A stretch of 63,586 nt of DNA, the filler included, from Neolecta irregularis DAH-3 (Eukaryota), in NCBI GenBank assembly GCA_001929475.1. It is 7 parts of 7 records of this genome, joined end to end, with 100 filler letters (N's around TTAATTAATTAA, not from the genome) between each part and the next. Parts side by side here need not be neighbours in the genome. Positions count along the whole stretch, not along the records: positions 1 to 29,774 come from LXFE01000118.1; 6 more parts are not named here. One strand, given 5' to 3'. The notes below the pieces were generated by a model. It did not search any database, was not told where the DNA came from, and was given only the letters and a program-made list of their open reading frames with translations. Shown piece by piece: positions 13,201 through 26,751 of this stretch. The position numbers were made by a program, and so were the translations under genes. How positions within the stretch are numbered: the first letter of the stretch is position 1; every line of letters starts with the position of its first letter.

Positions 13201-14893
13201 ACAGGGAGATATAATACCATCAACATACGGTCGTTCAAGCCACTTGACATAGACTCGTTCAACTTGATCGATCGACCTCTTTAATTCTTCTTCTCCGGAG
13301 AAACACATGACCGCACGGCTCTTAGCTTCCATAAATTCGACATCGAGACAGATTTCAATGTTGCACCATTCCTCTTTCACAACCTCGCTCTTCTCCTTGA
13401 TTATTCTCTGGTACTTATTGTCGAAATTGTCTTTCTTTCGAGGAGATATGCCTGCTAACCATGTCCCTCGGATCCACTCGGTCTTAATGAATGACACATC
13501 TTGGAACTTGACCAAATACCTATCAAATGCATTGCGACCAAGCACAGAATCAACTTTATGATCTAGATGCAATATGCAATCAGGACATTTCCACTGACTT
13601 AAGTTGTCAGGAGCGTGTGACCAACAAAGAGTTTGATAACAGAAGTAACAACGAAAGAAAACCTGCGAAACTGCATTGTCTCCGTTGAAAACCTGCACCT
13701 TGTCGCACTTTGTGCACACATTGATACTTTGATCGTTGCGTGCTTTCCCTATACATCGGAAACAGCGGAGTTGGTTGTCACTGTCATTCAATTTTATGAT
13801 CTGGTTTCGAGTTTGAGCGAGACAGGTTTCGTGTAAACATAAGGAACACGATTGGCAAGGAACGACATCCCCCGCTTTATCACACTTATCACAGTATCCG
13901 GAATGCCGAACCGAAAAATCATCTTGTGAATTTTGATCAAGTAGCCCAAATTGACCTACTTGTTTCTTTTTTGGATCTTGCCTTTTCGACGACTGAATGT
14001 GAGTTTGGCCGTTTGAGGAAGGTTCATTATCCGAATATAATTCTGTAGGCGTGCCTGAATGTGTATAACTAATGACCCTTGTATTCCTGGCACTTCTTCT
14101 CTCTGGTTCGTTCTTATGCTTTTTGTGCTTGGGCCGATCAGAGTCGCTATCGGTAGAAGATTCCTCAAGTACGTCATAACTCAAGCTCTGAAGGTTGGAA
14201 AGCCCTGAGGAACGAGTTTTCCTTGTCCCATTCCGCATTGCGAGAAGAGACCGCTTCTTAATGTTCTCAGGATGTATGACAATATTCGACTCAGGCAAAT
14301 CAATCTCTGGCGAGATTTCTTCGATCTGAGTGGTGTCAGTCTCAGAATCGCGGGATGATCTTGATCTAGATTCAGGGCTGCCGTTGTCTCCTTTCACTGC
14401 CTGTAATGTGTTTCGAGAACTTACCAAGGATTTGGGTTTGAAGAGTGCTCGGCTCTGCAAGTTCACAGGTTGCGGGGTACCACTGATCCCCCTCTCTGTG
14501 TTTACAGAATTCGACGGTACGATGAGATCCTCTCCCAGACCATCGCTGTCACTCTCAACCAACTGAGGTAGGTTTTCCTTTTGTGTACCCCAAATTTTAA
14601 TTGCTCGACAGGCATTTTCAAACTTATATAGCTGTGGTAGAGCAATCTATAAAATATTAGGAGTTGAATCCAATGGTTTGCTTATGTACGCGAAGCCTAT
14701 AATCTGCCTCTAGCTCAACCAAATATTCCTCGTTTTGGTATTCCCTGATAATTCGACGAACAATTGTTTCTCTGGGGTGAAAAGAGTACTGATCCAAGTC
14801 TTCTTGCAAAATTGTGTCAACAACGACTTGCGGGACCAGAGACGAAGATGGTGTTTCTTGTTCGGAGAGGAAAGATGAGAATGGCTCTTCCAT
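10216..14893 (-). CDS. mit1: CHD/Mi-2-type chromatin remodeler (PHD-like fingers, chromodomain, SNF2 helicase, C-terminal Zn knuckles), Mit1-like
   Basis: CDKCDKAGDVVPCQSC, ILADEMGLGKT, VDEGQRLK, LTGTPLQN, STRAGGVGINLATAD, CIACGKSDH. Confidence 0.88.
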
Positions 14894-15255
14894 ATTATCA
14901 GACGAGCGGTATCAGGCGTGCAGTATTCTATTGCGCGACGAGACAGTTCCTCGAGACACCTTCTGATGGGATTCAAATGAACCGACTCCAGATGATCAGA
15001 AATCGTTTCTGTTCTGTTCCTTGTATTCTATCCCAATATGAATGTGTAAGGTTTGAGAATAACCAGTGGTTTCGCCCACCTGTTTAGTCTACATTGTAGC
15101 AGATAACGCTACCATAAAAGTAAAAACTTCTTCTTCTTCTTCAGTGGACGGCTTGAATTTAACAGATTTAAGGATATTTCCCATGTATAATCAGATTTAT
15201 TACATTGATGGTGATAACCTTTTGAGTAGACTAGAGATTGTTCGTCCGTCATACA

Positions 15256-16491
15256 ATGCCCACCACGGTCATTGACAGACTCGTAAATCACCCCTCCTAT
15301 CGTCAGTTTTCCAGGGAATATATGTTCCCTCTAATCCCAGTCATTATTGGTCCAAACTCATCGAAAATTGGAATGCACCAAAGGACTGGGTGTCTGAAGG
15401 TGCTCCTAATGTTGAAATATTACAGAGTCTGTTAGGCACAACCCAAGTTCCCGTCAGAGAAACACTGTCAATCCGATATGTAAATCTATGACGTTCGCCG
15501 AATTTCTCAAAGAGAGAACTTTGAATTCGACATCCCGGCCTTATCTGAAAGATTTTCACGCTATCCGATGTGTCAAATCATCTTATATTCCTTATGAAAC
15601 GCCGGATATTTTTAAAGGTATGTGCGGCTATCTCTAATGCGATATGTTTTTCTCATTCTTTAGCCGACTGGTTGAATGACTTTTCTATGGCCCAAACTAA
15701 TGATGATTTTCAAGCATGCTTTTTTGGCGAGAAATCAGGAACTGACTTGATAGTTTCTATACTTAGGGGATGACGGGTTCGCCATTTCAATCGTTCGTCT
15801 TCCAACCCCTGTAGTACCTTTACGCCAATGCATCGTGACGTTTATCACAGTCACTCATTTTCCCCCAACTTGTGTGGGCGCAAGAAATGGATTTTTGTCC
15901 TACCCGAGTTCACATCTTATCTTTACGGCTACAATAAAAATACATTAATAACAGATCTCTTCAATGCAGACTCTTCTAATTATCCTTATATCGCACAAGC
16001 TCAAGAATCCGTCGTAGAAGTCTGCCAGACGATCTCTGTTCCCTCAGGATGGTAGTACTTCCATTTTCCTAAGTTCGCTTATTATTATAGGTATCACTCA
16101 GTCTCAAATCCTTCCGATACGGTTCCACTAAACCTCAACTGGATCAACGTCAGCTGCCTGGAATCGATGTTATCAATGGGCTGTAAGGGCAAATTTTGCA
16201 GCTTTGCATGCTCTAAGAGATCTTGTGGAATCAACAAATAATCTTCAATTTCTTGAATTATCGCAGAAATTAATGCGCGAAAATGATGGAGTGGACTGGA
16301 CCGACTTCTTCAAGCTTCTCTTATGGATATTGGAACAACTCTTGGGAATGAACGACATCAGGCTTCGGAAAATTTTCGTCCCGATTCCCAACTTTAATAC
16401 AAACTCATCGAAAAACTCACTCGTCACTTCATCCAGCAGCCGGAGTCCCGCTTTATTTGTCAAGATATGGAAGTTGATAATGGTGTTCTAG
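15256..16491 (+). pseudogene. JMJD4-like JmjC dioxygenase with apparent frameshifts
   Basis: YLKDFH, DWLN, TPMHRDVY, NLCGRKKW, VPSGWYH motifs; frame changes near 15354, 15460 and 16170; 3' end approximate. Confidence 0.65.
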
Positions 16492-16637
16492 TAGCGTGCG
16501 ATACTCATAAGATCGCACTAGAAATATCAGAGCTCTGATTAAGGTGTAAGCAATTACTATCCAATCCCTCTATTTACAGATGTGCAGGACTCAACTTTTT
16601 ATACAAAGAACATTTTGGGAAGCAATACATAAAGTCT

Positions 16638-18523
16638 CTATGACCGAGACTGGGATCCAAAAACTGGATCATCCAAGGCTTCTTTCATCAGCCATGCCTG
16701 AAATCGTATGGAACTGACGGTCAGCACGAATCACTGGGAGTAAAGACTGACTTATCTCCCGCATTATCCACATTCACGACGTCATCATAATCAAACGGGT
16801 CAAAATCGTATTTTATTCGATCTCTAGCTCTCTCATCATGTAGCTCTCCGCATAATGTACGCGAACGAAGGTACATGGGGCATTCTACTAAAGTGCGATT
16901 AGAACGACCAGTTCTTCGCGATATCGGCAATCGAGTAATTTGAAATCGATTTAATCTAGTTTTGAAAGAAAATGCATTTGATAGTAACGAATTAGACAAA
17001 GGCAGATCTTGAGAGGTGCTCGATAGAACCTCCTGAGGTTCTACAGGTATGAACGAAACGTCTCGAGTAAAATTCGATGGTATTCTAGCTACCGTAACGA
17101 CAGGTGAAATCTGGGGTTTCAGTGGGTTAGCGTCAGTGATTTTACCTCTGATAAATCGGACCATCCTGCCTGCAAAGCTTTCTCTACACCGAGCGCTTCA
17201 CTTACTGCTAACTCGGTTTCTCGAACTTTGTTAGCTCTGACGTCTTCGAGCCTAATGAGTGGTTCTTCGGGTCGAAGAGATCCGTGACGAAGTACAGCAT
17301 GTCGAACGAGCGGAATAGCACCAACCTCTGACTGTATACGCGGTTTTTTGATCTAGACGTTGAAAACAGCATCGGGGCTTTTTGATACCTTATGAGAAAC
17401 GAGGTCTTCATCTTCGCCTTGAATTCCAAGTTTTCGCTTCACGTCTTTGACTGTACATCGCTGGTTGAAAATAAGATGATCCATGACCAGGCTATCTTTC
17501 CTCATCTTCTCGCGATCACGAACCATAGCTATCAAATCACGAGCTTCTATCATTTCTGCTCTCAGTTTCCGCAGCTTTTCTGAGCTTTGGGCATCCGTGC
17601 GACGAGTTTTCCGAACCTGACGAATTTCCCGACGCCGAAAGCATACGTATGGGTCCCCCTCGTCTTTTTCATTTTCCTCAAACTATCGTTAGGCGAATCT
17701 CTGAAGCTGGCTTTTCACTCTTAGCACAGGCATCAAGGGCTTTCCAGCATTCTCAAGTCTTCTGCGCCTCCAATGGCCGTATATAGATTTTGCGGATGAG
17801 CGATACTTAGAAAGCTCACAACGTTCAAGGCTCTTTTCGAGTTCTTCAAATGACGATACATTCGTCGGATCCTATCACTTTAGGGTTTCATTCATAAGAC
17901 AATGGTACCAGCGACAGGAAGGGCTGGTTTTCATTCGTAATTTGCTCAAAAAATTGCATTACAAGCTCAAAAACGTCTTCCGAAATATCCGTTTCTTTGG
18001 AGCGCTTCGAAATCATTTTACGAAGGAATGCTTCATCCTGCTCATCCATGCAATATGGACATCCCTCATAATCTTCGACTGTGGCAGAGGAGCGTATATA
18101 TGAAGTTGGCTGGGAGAAGCTTTTGGCATAATGGACATCATAATCCTTAACTTTCTTAGAAGCATCCGGCGTAGGGATGTATAAGTGCTCGGGCTTGGGT
18201 CCAGTAGCGACTGCCTGTGAAGCGAGAGCAGCCTGGAGATGGTGTTCCTGCAAAGATTAGTGTGCTGCATGCAGGGTGGACTCGTCTATGCGACAAACTC
18301 ACCACCAAAAAACCCGCAGGTGGTGATGTTTTGGTGGCAAAGCAGGGGGATGACTCACCACTTCTTCGTCCTTATCAACCCCCGTTTCAATCTGTGTAGC
18401 GCTCCGCTGAAAGGCAGAATCCTCATCAATGTCCGGGATATCTGGGCCGCGGATGATTGTGAGATACTGCTTAATGGAGATTTTCCGGTTGCGGATGCGT
18501 GCGGACCCGCCCTTTGTGGCCAT
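16638..18523 (-). CDS. EPL1: Enhancer of polycomb-like protein (NuA4)
   Basis: RNRKISIKQ, IETGVDKDEE-EHHLQ, YIPTPDA, YCMDEQDE, DPYVCFRRRE. Confidence 0.93.
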
Positions 18524-19082
18524 CTTTCCATGCAACAGAGAAAACAGGTCTCGGTAAGGGCGGGTCTCAGAATTTGCGGAGAGCCAGACAGCAAGGCGTG
18601 GTCAGAGAAAGCAGATTCAGGGATAGCGCCAATAAGGGGGGCGTGAGGGGTGCAAATTTTCACTCAGCCTGTTTTGGGTGGAGAGTTTGGGCGACGCGAA
18701 GGATCGCCACCTCCATTCTTGCGACAACCACCTCTGTTTCCCAGAGCTAGTATGCTGTTTGTAGGGTCTTTGCCGGCCGATAGAGTAGACAGTTTCTTCA
18801 TTGCACCAGCGAGTAGCAGTATGAAATGCATGAGGACAATAGATATCGCACTATCCATTTGAGACATGACGTCAATGTCCACCGTGTTAGGTTGCCTTCA
18901 GGATGTCAGTCATACCAGGAACACACCTGTATGCTCAGCGAACCAGATAGGGTTTTAGAGCTATGGGTACTCTGAGTCGGGTCTAATCTTCCGTGAGAAA
19001 CTGAAACACGATTGATAAACACGTAGCCCTGGTGTACTTGGAACGAACACCACCAGATTCTCAATTGACCTAATTTTCCACT

Positions 19083-19808
19083 ATGGGCCAGGGCAACTCC
19101 CAAATCTTGGACTTGGTGTCCCAATCGCATTGTTCTATTCAGCCGTTCGGGGGTTTTCTGATTATCCAGTCTCGGCTGCAGAAGTCGATCGATTGCGTAA
19201 ACGTTTTATGAAGTTGGACAGGGACGGCTCAGGCTCAATCGACCGCGACGAGTTTTTATCTATTCCTCAGATTGCCAGTAATCCTCTTGCTACTCGCTTG
19301 ATTTCAATTCTGGATGAGGATGGCGGCGGTGATGTCGATTTCAAAGAATTTATCACCGCTCTAAGTGCTTTCTCTAGCAAAGGGAATAAGGACGAGAAGT
19401 TACGATGTATAAGGCATCTTCCAAGGGGATTCTGAGTTTAGTTGCCTTTAAAGTTTATGACATGGATCGAGATGGTTATATCTCAAATGGGGAATTATTC
19501 ATCGTGTTAAAGATGATGGTTGGGAATAATCTGAAAGATCAACAGTTACAACAGGTACATTCGCTAGTACCATTAATAGCCTCTAAACCAATTGTAGATT
19601 GTTGATAAGGTAGCTTGTCCAAAATGGTTCCGGATGGAAGCTTACATTCATATTGCAGACAATCATGGAAGCTGATAAGGACAGAGACGGAAAGATATGT
19701 TTCGAAGAATTTAAGGAAATGGTTCAAACTACTGTATAGCTCCTTCCTTTTGACTAGGTTTATCATTATTAGGACATTGCCATGAGTATGACACTAGATC
19801 AGTTCTAG
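19083..19808 (+). CDS. CNB1: calcineurin regulatory subunit B
   Basis: MGQGNS myristoylation start; EF hands [36 protein letters not shown]. Confidence 0.97.
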
Positions 19809-19908
19809 TACGAGAAACCATTGGAATATAGATGATATTATATGGTATGATAAATGAATAAATAAATAATGATCCAACAGTAATCCACGATACCCCTCCT
19901 GCTTGCTG

Positions 19909-20895
19909 TCATCGTCCTGAAGAACCCTCCTTTTGGAAATTCGGTGATCCCGCTGAATGGTGTTCCAGTTCTTCCACCTGTGCAATTTGCAGTTGTTTTC
20001 GAGCCTCTAGTACCTCTATCAGACCTGTTTTAGTTGGCATATGCGATACGTATGGTTTTTGATACCATTAATAAGTTTTTCTTCATGAAATCCCAATTCA
20101 TAGTCCACCAGTCCTTTAGGCTCAAGGGTGTCTTTCATTTTGAGCGTGTGAGACCTTTCTGGGTGACAAACCTGCCCATCTTACAATCTCTCTTCCTATG
20201 AGCTCAAGATGCACCTGACTCAACATCTGTTCTGGTGACGAGGATCCAGCAGTAATATTCGTGACTTCGCATCGAAATAAATATAGCCAACTGGAAGATT
20301 TCAGTTTTTGGTTCAGTCTAAAGAGTATTGATATACCCATTATTGAGATCCCTCCAGAAAGCGCAACGATCTTGAAACAAGGTGGGGTCATCAGTTGTTA
20401 GGCCTTTGGTTCGAGTTAGTAGGCATTCTTGCAACTCTATATACCTAAATCACTCACACTTTGAACGATCCAGTTCGTTAAAGCCCATAGAGTTCGAGAA
20501 GCATCAAGGGTACTTCCTGCCCCGATCTGGCGAACCGAATCTTTGAGCATCATATCGAACCGATTGAAAGCTCGCTCAAGGTAAACATCAGGAGAATGGT
20601 CTAGCATCTGTTGGTTTCCGTATTGCGTATCGTAACCGGTTACTCCGTACGAATCTGGAATTTCTGAACCTAACGACTTGACAGGGCGATTTAGAGATTG
20701 TAAAGGTGATCCAATCTGTTGCTGCGTCACCGGTATAAATTGCCGAGAATCCTGCGTTTGTTGTGGCATATACTGTGGCTGAGAACCGAACGAATCGGAT
20801 GGGTTCTGATAAGACATGAGATCTTCTGGACTTTGGTTATAGAGTGCGTTGGAAGCACCAAGGTCATGCTGCACCCTGGCGGTAGGGTTTGTCAT
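19909..20895 (-). CDS. conserved-looking fungal hypothetical protein
   Basis: Q-rich N-terminus then helical domain ...FWRDLN...GLVDYELGFHEE; intact after removing three introns. Confidence 0.7.
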
Positions 20896-21961
20896 CCCTC
20901 TTTAGGCAAATAAAAGAGCACGAACTCGAGCTTACTCGTTCGTTCGAAGGTGTTTTGAACCCACCGATATTCCAGAGGCTGCGAGAAGCCCTATTTAAAT
21001 GCCAGATTGATGAACACGTTGTGCAACAGGATTCCTGTGACCAGACCTTGTAGTCTGCCCTGATATTTCGAAAACTTCAATCTTGAAATGTTGAGACTAG
21101 AGAAGAGAGACGTATTAAAGTCGTGCAATTTAGATGAGTTATAACGAAACGAGGGAGTGGAGCTGGAAGAGGTAGAAGAAGTAAAATGCCATTATCTTTA
21201 GAGATAACCCTGTCCACTAGTCAAACTTGAAAGTCGAGTTGGCCGTTTTGAAGTGTAGTGAACTTAACATCCTACTATCAATTCTGTTGAAAGATACCCA
21301 TGATTGCTAGGCAAATATTTTCACTGCTGGTGGAGTTTCATAGAAGATAGGAAATTCATATCCATTTTCTGCTTCAGTATATCGTATTGGCAAAGTCACC
21401 TTCTTGCCACATACCCGTAACGATCGTCCACTCAATAGAACACATTCAAATCTACTCGAAATCAAATATTTTTATTTCGAATATTTATCCTAAAATCATT
21501 GTCATTGGTTTCCTTCAGATTCATGCGCCTTTAATTTATTTCATCCTCGGCATATCACGGAAGAGGTTCATCGTTTGATTATCTTCCAGAGTATTCTTGA
21601 TAATCGGGAGTATGCGGAGCGCTTGGGGAAGTCACTAGATAGACTCCAGGGGTGGATATTCCGTGTTCTTTCTTTTATAATTTTTACTTATTACCCTGGC
21701 GGGTATCGATTCTCTGTAGTCTCGATAGTTAATTAGGCAGGTTTGTCTCGTTTTTAGTATCAGACAATTAGATAACTCCAACTTTTCTTATTATTACGAA
21801 TATCCCGAGAGAAGTAAATAGCACTGCTGTTTTTGCTGTGATAAACAAGCAGTTCACTTGGCCTCGATATGAACATAGATGAAGTGGTTATACTTAACAA
21901 ATTATACAAATTTTTATCTTGATCAGCAGGATCAATTCACTAGAGTGGGGAAACCAGGGTA

Positions 21962-22984
21962 TTACTTGCCGCGTTTCAGACTTTGCATACGGCGAAAGCT
22001 AACAAATGTACCTGCGGGTTGATGCGTGTCATTCGATATCGTGGAGTCTGCAGGCCCTATGGAGTTGGCGGGAGACGACTGGATAAAAGAAGGACCTGCC
22101 GCATCTTCTCCTATTCTTGAGGATTTAGTTACCATTTCCCATTCTGGCTCTTCAATTCCAGCCTGGTAATACTTTTTCAAAACCTTTCTGGCATTCGCAC
22201 GATTGTATATATTTGCCATTGTGTACGAAAAAGGAACTTCTGTCGTTGGATCATCATCATCTGAGCCTGCGCTGGGGGAAGAGGCCGTGGAATTTATCTG
22301 AGAAGGCGAACGTTTGCTCGTATGTTGTACGACATGAATTGCAGATTCCTGGTTTTTGGTGCGATTTTGTACACGATCATGACTAGTTTCCAAGCACGAT
22401 GGCTCCAAAATGCCGAAACTTGCCTCTGTGTGGGCAGGAACTGTGGGTGCTAGATGTTCATTTTCTAGAGGAACGATAGAACCCATAGCCAATTGGTTAA
22501 ATTTGAGGTCCAGGAAATCATCCATAACGAAAATAGGAATTTCAATGTCCAATCGTGGCGGGGTATCGGTAAACGATGGTAATTTTAGCACAGGAGGAAT
22601 TTCTGGCTGTTGCTTCATGTCTTTGGAAGAACTTTTTCTGTAAAAAGAGAAACGTCTCCTCAAAGCAGATCGAATTCTATTACTTTTTGACAACGCAGGT
22701 TTTGAAGAAACTGGGCTGATTGTGGTTTCCGATCCTTTACTGCTCTCTAGGGATGTGGAGCATGTATCGCTGAATGTACGAACTGCAAAATGAACCGCCG
22801 GAATAGACTCATCTCTCTGCAATATTTTGGGGGGAGTAGAGTTAAGTTTAGGAGAACCACGAGGACGAATGAGTGTAGTAGAACGACAGCGGTGGAGTTT
22901 TCGGTTTGTAGGGCTTTTCTTGAGATCTTGCAGAGATGCTGAACGGCATAGCTTGGTAAGAAGAGAAGGGGTTTGTTCTGTCAT
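21962..22984 (-). CDS. Ser-rich single-exon hypothetical protein
   Basis: About 340-codon ORF from MTEQTP. Confidence 0.65.
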   Translation of the reverse strand: MTEQTPSLLTKLCRSASLQDLKKSPTNRKLHRCRSTTLIRPRGSPKLNSTPPKILQRDESIPAVHFAVRTFSDTCSTSLESSKGSETTISPVSSKPALSKSNRIRSALRRRFSFYRKSSSKDMKQQPEIPPVLKLPSFTDTPPRLDIEIPIFVMDDFLDLKFNQLAMGSIVPLENEHLAPTVPAHTEASFGILEPSCLETSHDRVQNRTKNQESAIHVVQHTSKRSPSQINSTASSPSAGSDDDDPTTEVPFSYTMANIYNRANARKVLKKYYQAGIEEPEWEMVTKSSRIGEDAAGPSFIQSSPANSIGPADSTISNDTHQPAGTFVSFRRMQSLKRGK

Positions 22985-23716
22985 TTGAGTGTCCCAAAAG
23001 CTGAAAGGTTGTAGGAAATCCAAATAAAGAACCACGACACAAGCGATATATCGAATGGTAGCTATAAAAATGAGCGACCGATCAGAAAATAGAGTTGAAT
23101 GAGAGATGCCAAGGTCCTGCTTGGCATCCAAAAGTTGAAGCAGATAGTGGAAAGTGGCTGAGCACATCGCAAAGATCAACCTGTCAGAACAAGCGTCAGG
23201 GGTTTGAATAGCCTGGATTGACTGGTTTCATTGTTTCATGAAAACCGTGTTCATGGCAACATGTTTGTTGATCCGGCAAAGATTAAGCATACAACAGAAT
23301 AATTTCAACCAAGTTGATGATGTTCATGGGACTGCAGAGTACTCCTAATGTGCTGGTGGGCTGCCAGCAGACAACTGAGCCTTACCGCCTTCACGTTTTA
23401 CGTAGTCGCTAAAATCAACAAAAATGCCAAAAAACCATACCGAATGAATGCCTCCTCTGCGCTGGAATTGGCAGTGATTTGAGGCTCCCCTGAAGATTTT
23501 TCTGCCGCATCAGCAGCTTTATTTCCCCGCATAGCAAGCCAGGATCCAACTCCTACAAGCGTAAGCGTGCCGATAGACAGCTAGATATATTCAGTGATAT
23601 TTCATGTCGATGTACTCACATATTCAGAGGCAATTCTCTTGCCGAATATGACGTAGGACATGGTGTTGAATATTTGCCGAGGAATTTCTTTTGACCTTTA
23701 GAACACCAGAATAACG

Positions 23717-24804
23717 ATGGCCCTGACTCTGCACTATTACAGCAAGAAGTCTTTTTTTTCTGGTGCAAAACGCTTTCTTACCACAGAGTCTCAGACACAC
23801 TCTCGCGGTGACGCGAATAGACCTGGAAATCGACCCGATGGAATGAGCAGACAAGACGAAAAGATGGAACGAGCGCGTAGGATCCGGCGAGAGCAGATTG
23901 AGTGGAATATTACCCCAGAGAGTCCAGCTTACTTCTCTGGTCATGCAAAAGTATACGAGGATATAGCCGATTTGAGAGGAACGCTGCGACAATATGCCTC
24001 GTTTCCCGAATACGCAAAGTGTACGCAGACAACTCAGAGCGCTTTTGTCGAATCCCTCATCGATTCTACTACCAGAACTCCGCCTACTAATTGGATGCCA
24101 CTATCCGAATATCGAGCTACCGTTGGAGGAGCGAAAGTGTCATCGTCTGTTTACGGAAAACTCACCGACGTCTTGGGAAAGTTGAATCGGAAACACCGTC
24201 AATTTTTACCTGAAGATATAGCAAAGTTAATTGAGTCGTATCGAAGGCCTTCAGTAGACAACGTTAATGCTGGTAAATACGAAGGACCTGATCACTGGGG
24301 ACGGACATATGGTCTTGGACGACGCAAAACCGCCACTGCTCGAGCGTGGATCGTTGAGGGAGAAGGAATGGTCATGGTAAATGGGAAATTACTGGGTGAT
24401 GTGTTCGGCAAACTTAGCGATCGCGAAGAAGTCATTTGGCCGCTTAAAGTTCTTGACCAACGAGAGAACTTTAATGTGTGGGCAATAACCAGCGGCGGAG
24501 GCACAACTGGTATTGTCTACCTTTAGCTACGTGAATCTAAATTCAAGGTCAAGCACAGGCAATCAAGCTAGCAATAGCGAGAGCTCTCTTGCAACGCAAT
24601 CCATTCTGGAAGCAAGTCCTTAGAAAAGGTTGGATTTCTCATTTAGATACCACTCACTCGTTTAGCTGGTTCCGTTACTCGAGATTCACGCAAGGTCGAA
24701 CGGAAGAAACCCGGTCAAGCAAAAGGTTGCCTCTCTCAGTCGTCCTTGATGTACTGGCTAATTCATTTCCAGCACGAAAGAAGTATACCTGGGTCAAACG
24801 TTAA
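23717..24804 (+). CDS. MRPS9: mitochondrial ribosomal protein uS9m
   Basis: GRRKTATARAW, GGGTTGQAQAI, VERKKPG, ARKKYTWVKR. Confidence 0.95.
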
Positions 24805-25049
24805 AAGCTTTATTCTTTGGACAAGGATTATATTTTCTGCAGCCACAGTTTGCATCGTTTCAGCATGTCACTACGAAATTGCTTATAGTTCTAAAGAGGA
24901 ATGAGATTATAATGTATTTTCAGTGAATCCCGTATTTCTTGGGCCCATGTTTGTCAAAATTTGCTCCTTTAAGCCTGAATTAGCGGCCTTTATTACTTTG
25001 TGAAAAGTCGGCGACTCACCGCCAAGGTTGTTTGCTCATATTCAAGACG

Positions 25050-26662
25050 ATGGCGCCTTTTGGAAAACTCTATACCTTCGAGGTATGCGTAGACTCCTAA
25101 ACAACCCTGGGCTTATCATTCAAGGACAATGCCCGGTCAATCGCTCCTCGAATCGTAGCTCGGGAGAATGACTTGGAAATCCAGATTATCCCAACACAGC
25201 CAGGCAACGTAAATTCTGCATATCTCGAGAAATTCCCAATGGGAAAGGTACCCTCTTTTAGATGGAAACTTTGTGTTGATGAAGATACCTGCCTTTGAAT
25301 CGGCCGATGGATTTCAACTCCATGAAACCATCGCAATAACGCTTTACTGTAAGAGATTTTCTCCTCTTCTACTCAGTTCAATTACATATGATGAGTGTTT
25401 TTTACACAGTTATCCCTGGCTGAACTACTGTTGACAACATACTTCACTGATAATTCCATCTCTATCCTACCTTTTCTTTCATTGCGTTCTATACTGATCT
25501 CGTAGTTGCCGCTCAGAACGAGAAATGTACTCTTCTCGGAAAGACCAAAGAGGAATACGCTTCTATAATTCAGTGGATGTCTTTTGCAAACTCTGAAGTT
25601 CTTCCCAATATCGCCGCTTGGTTCCGACCTCTTTCTGGTCTTCAGCCCTACAACAAGAAAGACGTGCAAACCGCTCAAGAGAAGGTTAATAAAATTGCTA
25701 CCATTTTGGAGAAGAAACTAAAGTCTTGCACTTTTCTTGTCGGAGAACGATATTCTCTTGCGGATATTGTTATGGCTGCTCATATGACTCGAGGATTTGA
25801 AAGGGCAAGGTTGAGTACACTTCACTTTTTCTCACAAGACAGGTCCTTGATGCCGAATGGCGAAGACAGCATCCCTGTATTACCCGTTGGTATTTAACTG
25901 CTCGAAATCAACCAAGCTACAGAAAAGTCGCCGATGAACCCAAGCTCGTCGAGCAAGCCATCCAATATTCTCCTCCCAAGAAAGAGGTCAAGAAGGAGGT
26001 TTCCAAAGCTGCTGCTCAACCCAAGCCTACCGATGCGGAAGAAGAGGACGATATGCCCAAGGAAGAGCCCAAGGCCAAACATCCACTTGAGGCTCTCGGA
26101 AAGCCAAATCTCGCTCTTGATGAATGGAAGCGCTTCTATTCTAACAATGAGACGCGACCTGATGCTCTCGAATGGTTCTGGAAGAACTTTGATTCTTCTG
26201 ATTACAGCTTATACCGGGTCGACTATAAGGTTTATCTCCGCATCGCAGTGTAGCTGATCAAACCAGTACAATCACGAGTTAACCCAAGTATTCATGAGTG
26301 GAAATCTTGTTGGCGGTTTGTATGCCCGGCTTGAAGCAAGTCGAAAGGTATCCCAATTCTCCAGAATTTCGCTCACGCTCGTAGTACTTGTTCGGAAGCA
26401 TGGGTGTTTATGGCACTAATAACGATAATTTGATCAGTGGTGTTTTCATGGTACGTGGTAATGATTATTTACACGCGTTCGAAGTTGCACCGGATTATGG
26501 TATATTTCTTGTATCATACATACTAACCATTACTCAGAGAGCTATTCCTTTAAGAAGCTCAACCCATCCAACTCTCAAGATATGGCATTTGTTGAAGGCT
26601 GTTGGGCCTGGGACAACTCTGTTGATGGAAAATCTTATGCTGACGGAAAGGTGTTCAAGTAG
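25050..26662 (+). CDS. TEF4: translation elongation factor 1B-gamma
   Basis: GST-like N-terminus (FPMGKVP, TFLVGERYSLAD), KAKHPLEAL, LDEWKRFYSN, ends DGKVFK. Confidence 0.96.
25380..25455 (+). ncRNA. snR38: intronic box C/D snoRNA snR38-like
   Basis: C box ATGATGA 25388, guide CAGTTATCCCTG complementary to LSU rRNA CAGGGAUAACUG before a D' CTGA, D box CTGA 25447, AATTA/TAATT terminal stem; lies in an unusually long EF1B-gamma intron, as in yeast TEF4. Confidence 0.88.
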
Positions 26663-26751
26663 ATTGAATCCGTTTATAGTCCCTAAATACTGTTTATAAA
26701 AGTATTTGCCCTTGACGCCCCGAAACTATATGTTATGCTATAACCTGCCTA

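Noticed and set aside
18650-19080. Hairpin-like sequence and short ORFs between EPL1 and CNB1 as a possible snRNA
   Set aside because: No U1/U2/U5/U6, RNase P/MRP or tRNA hallmark motifs found
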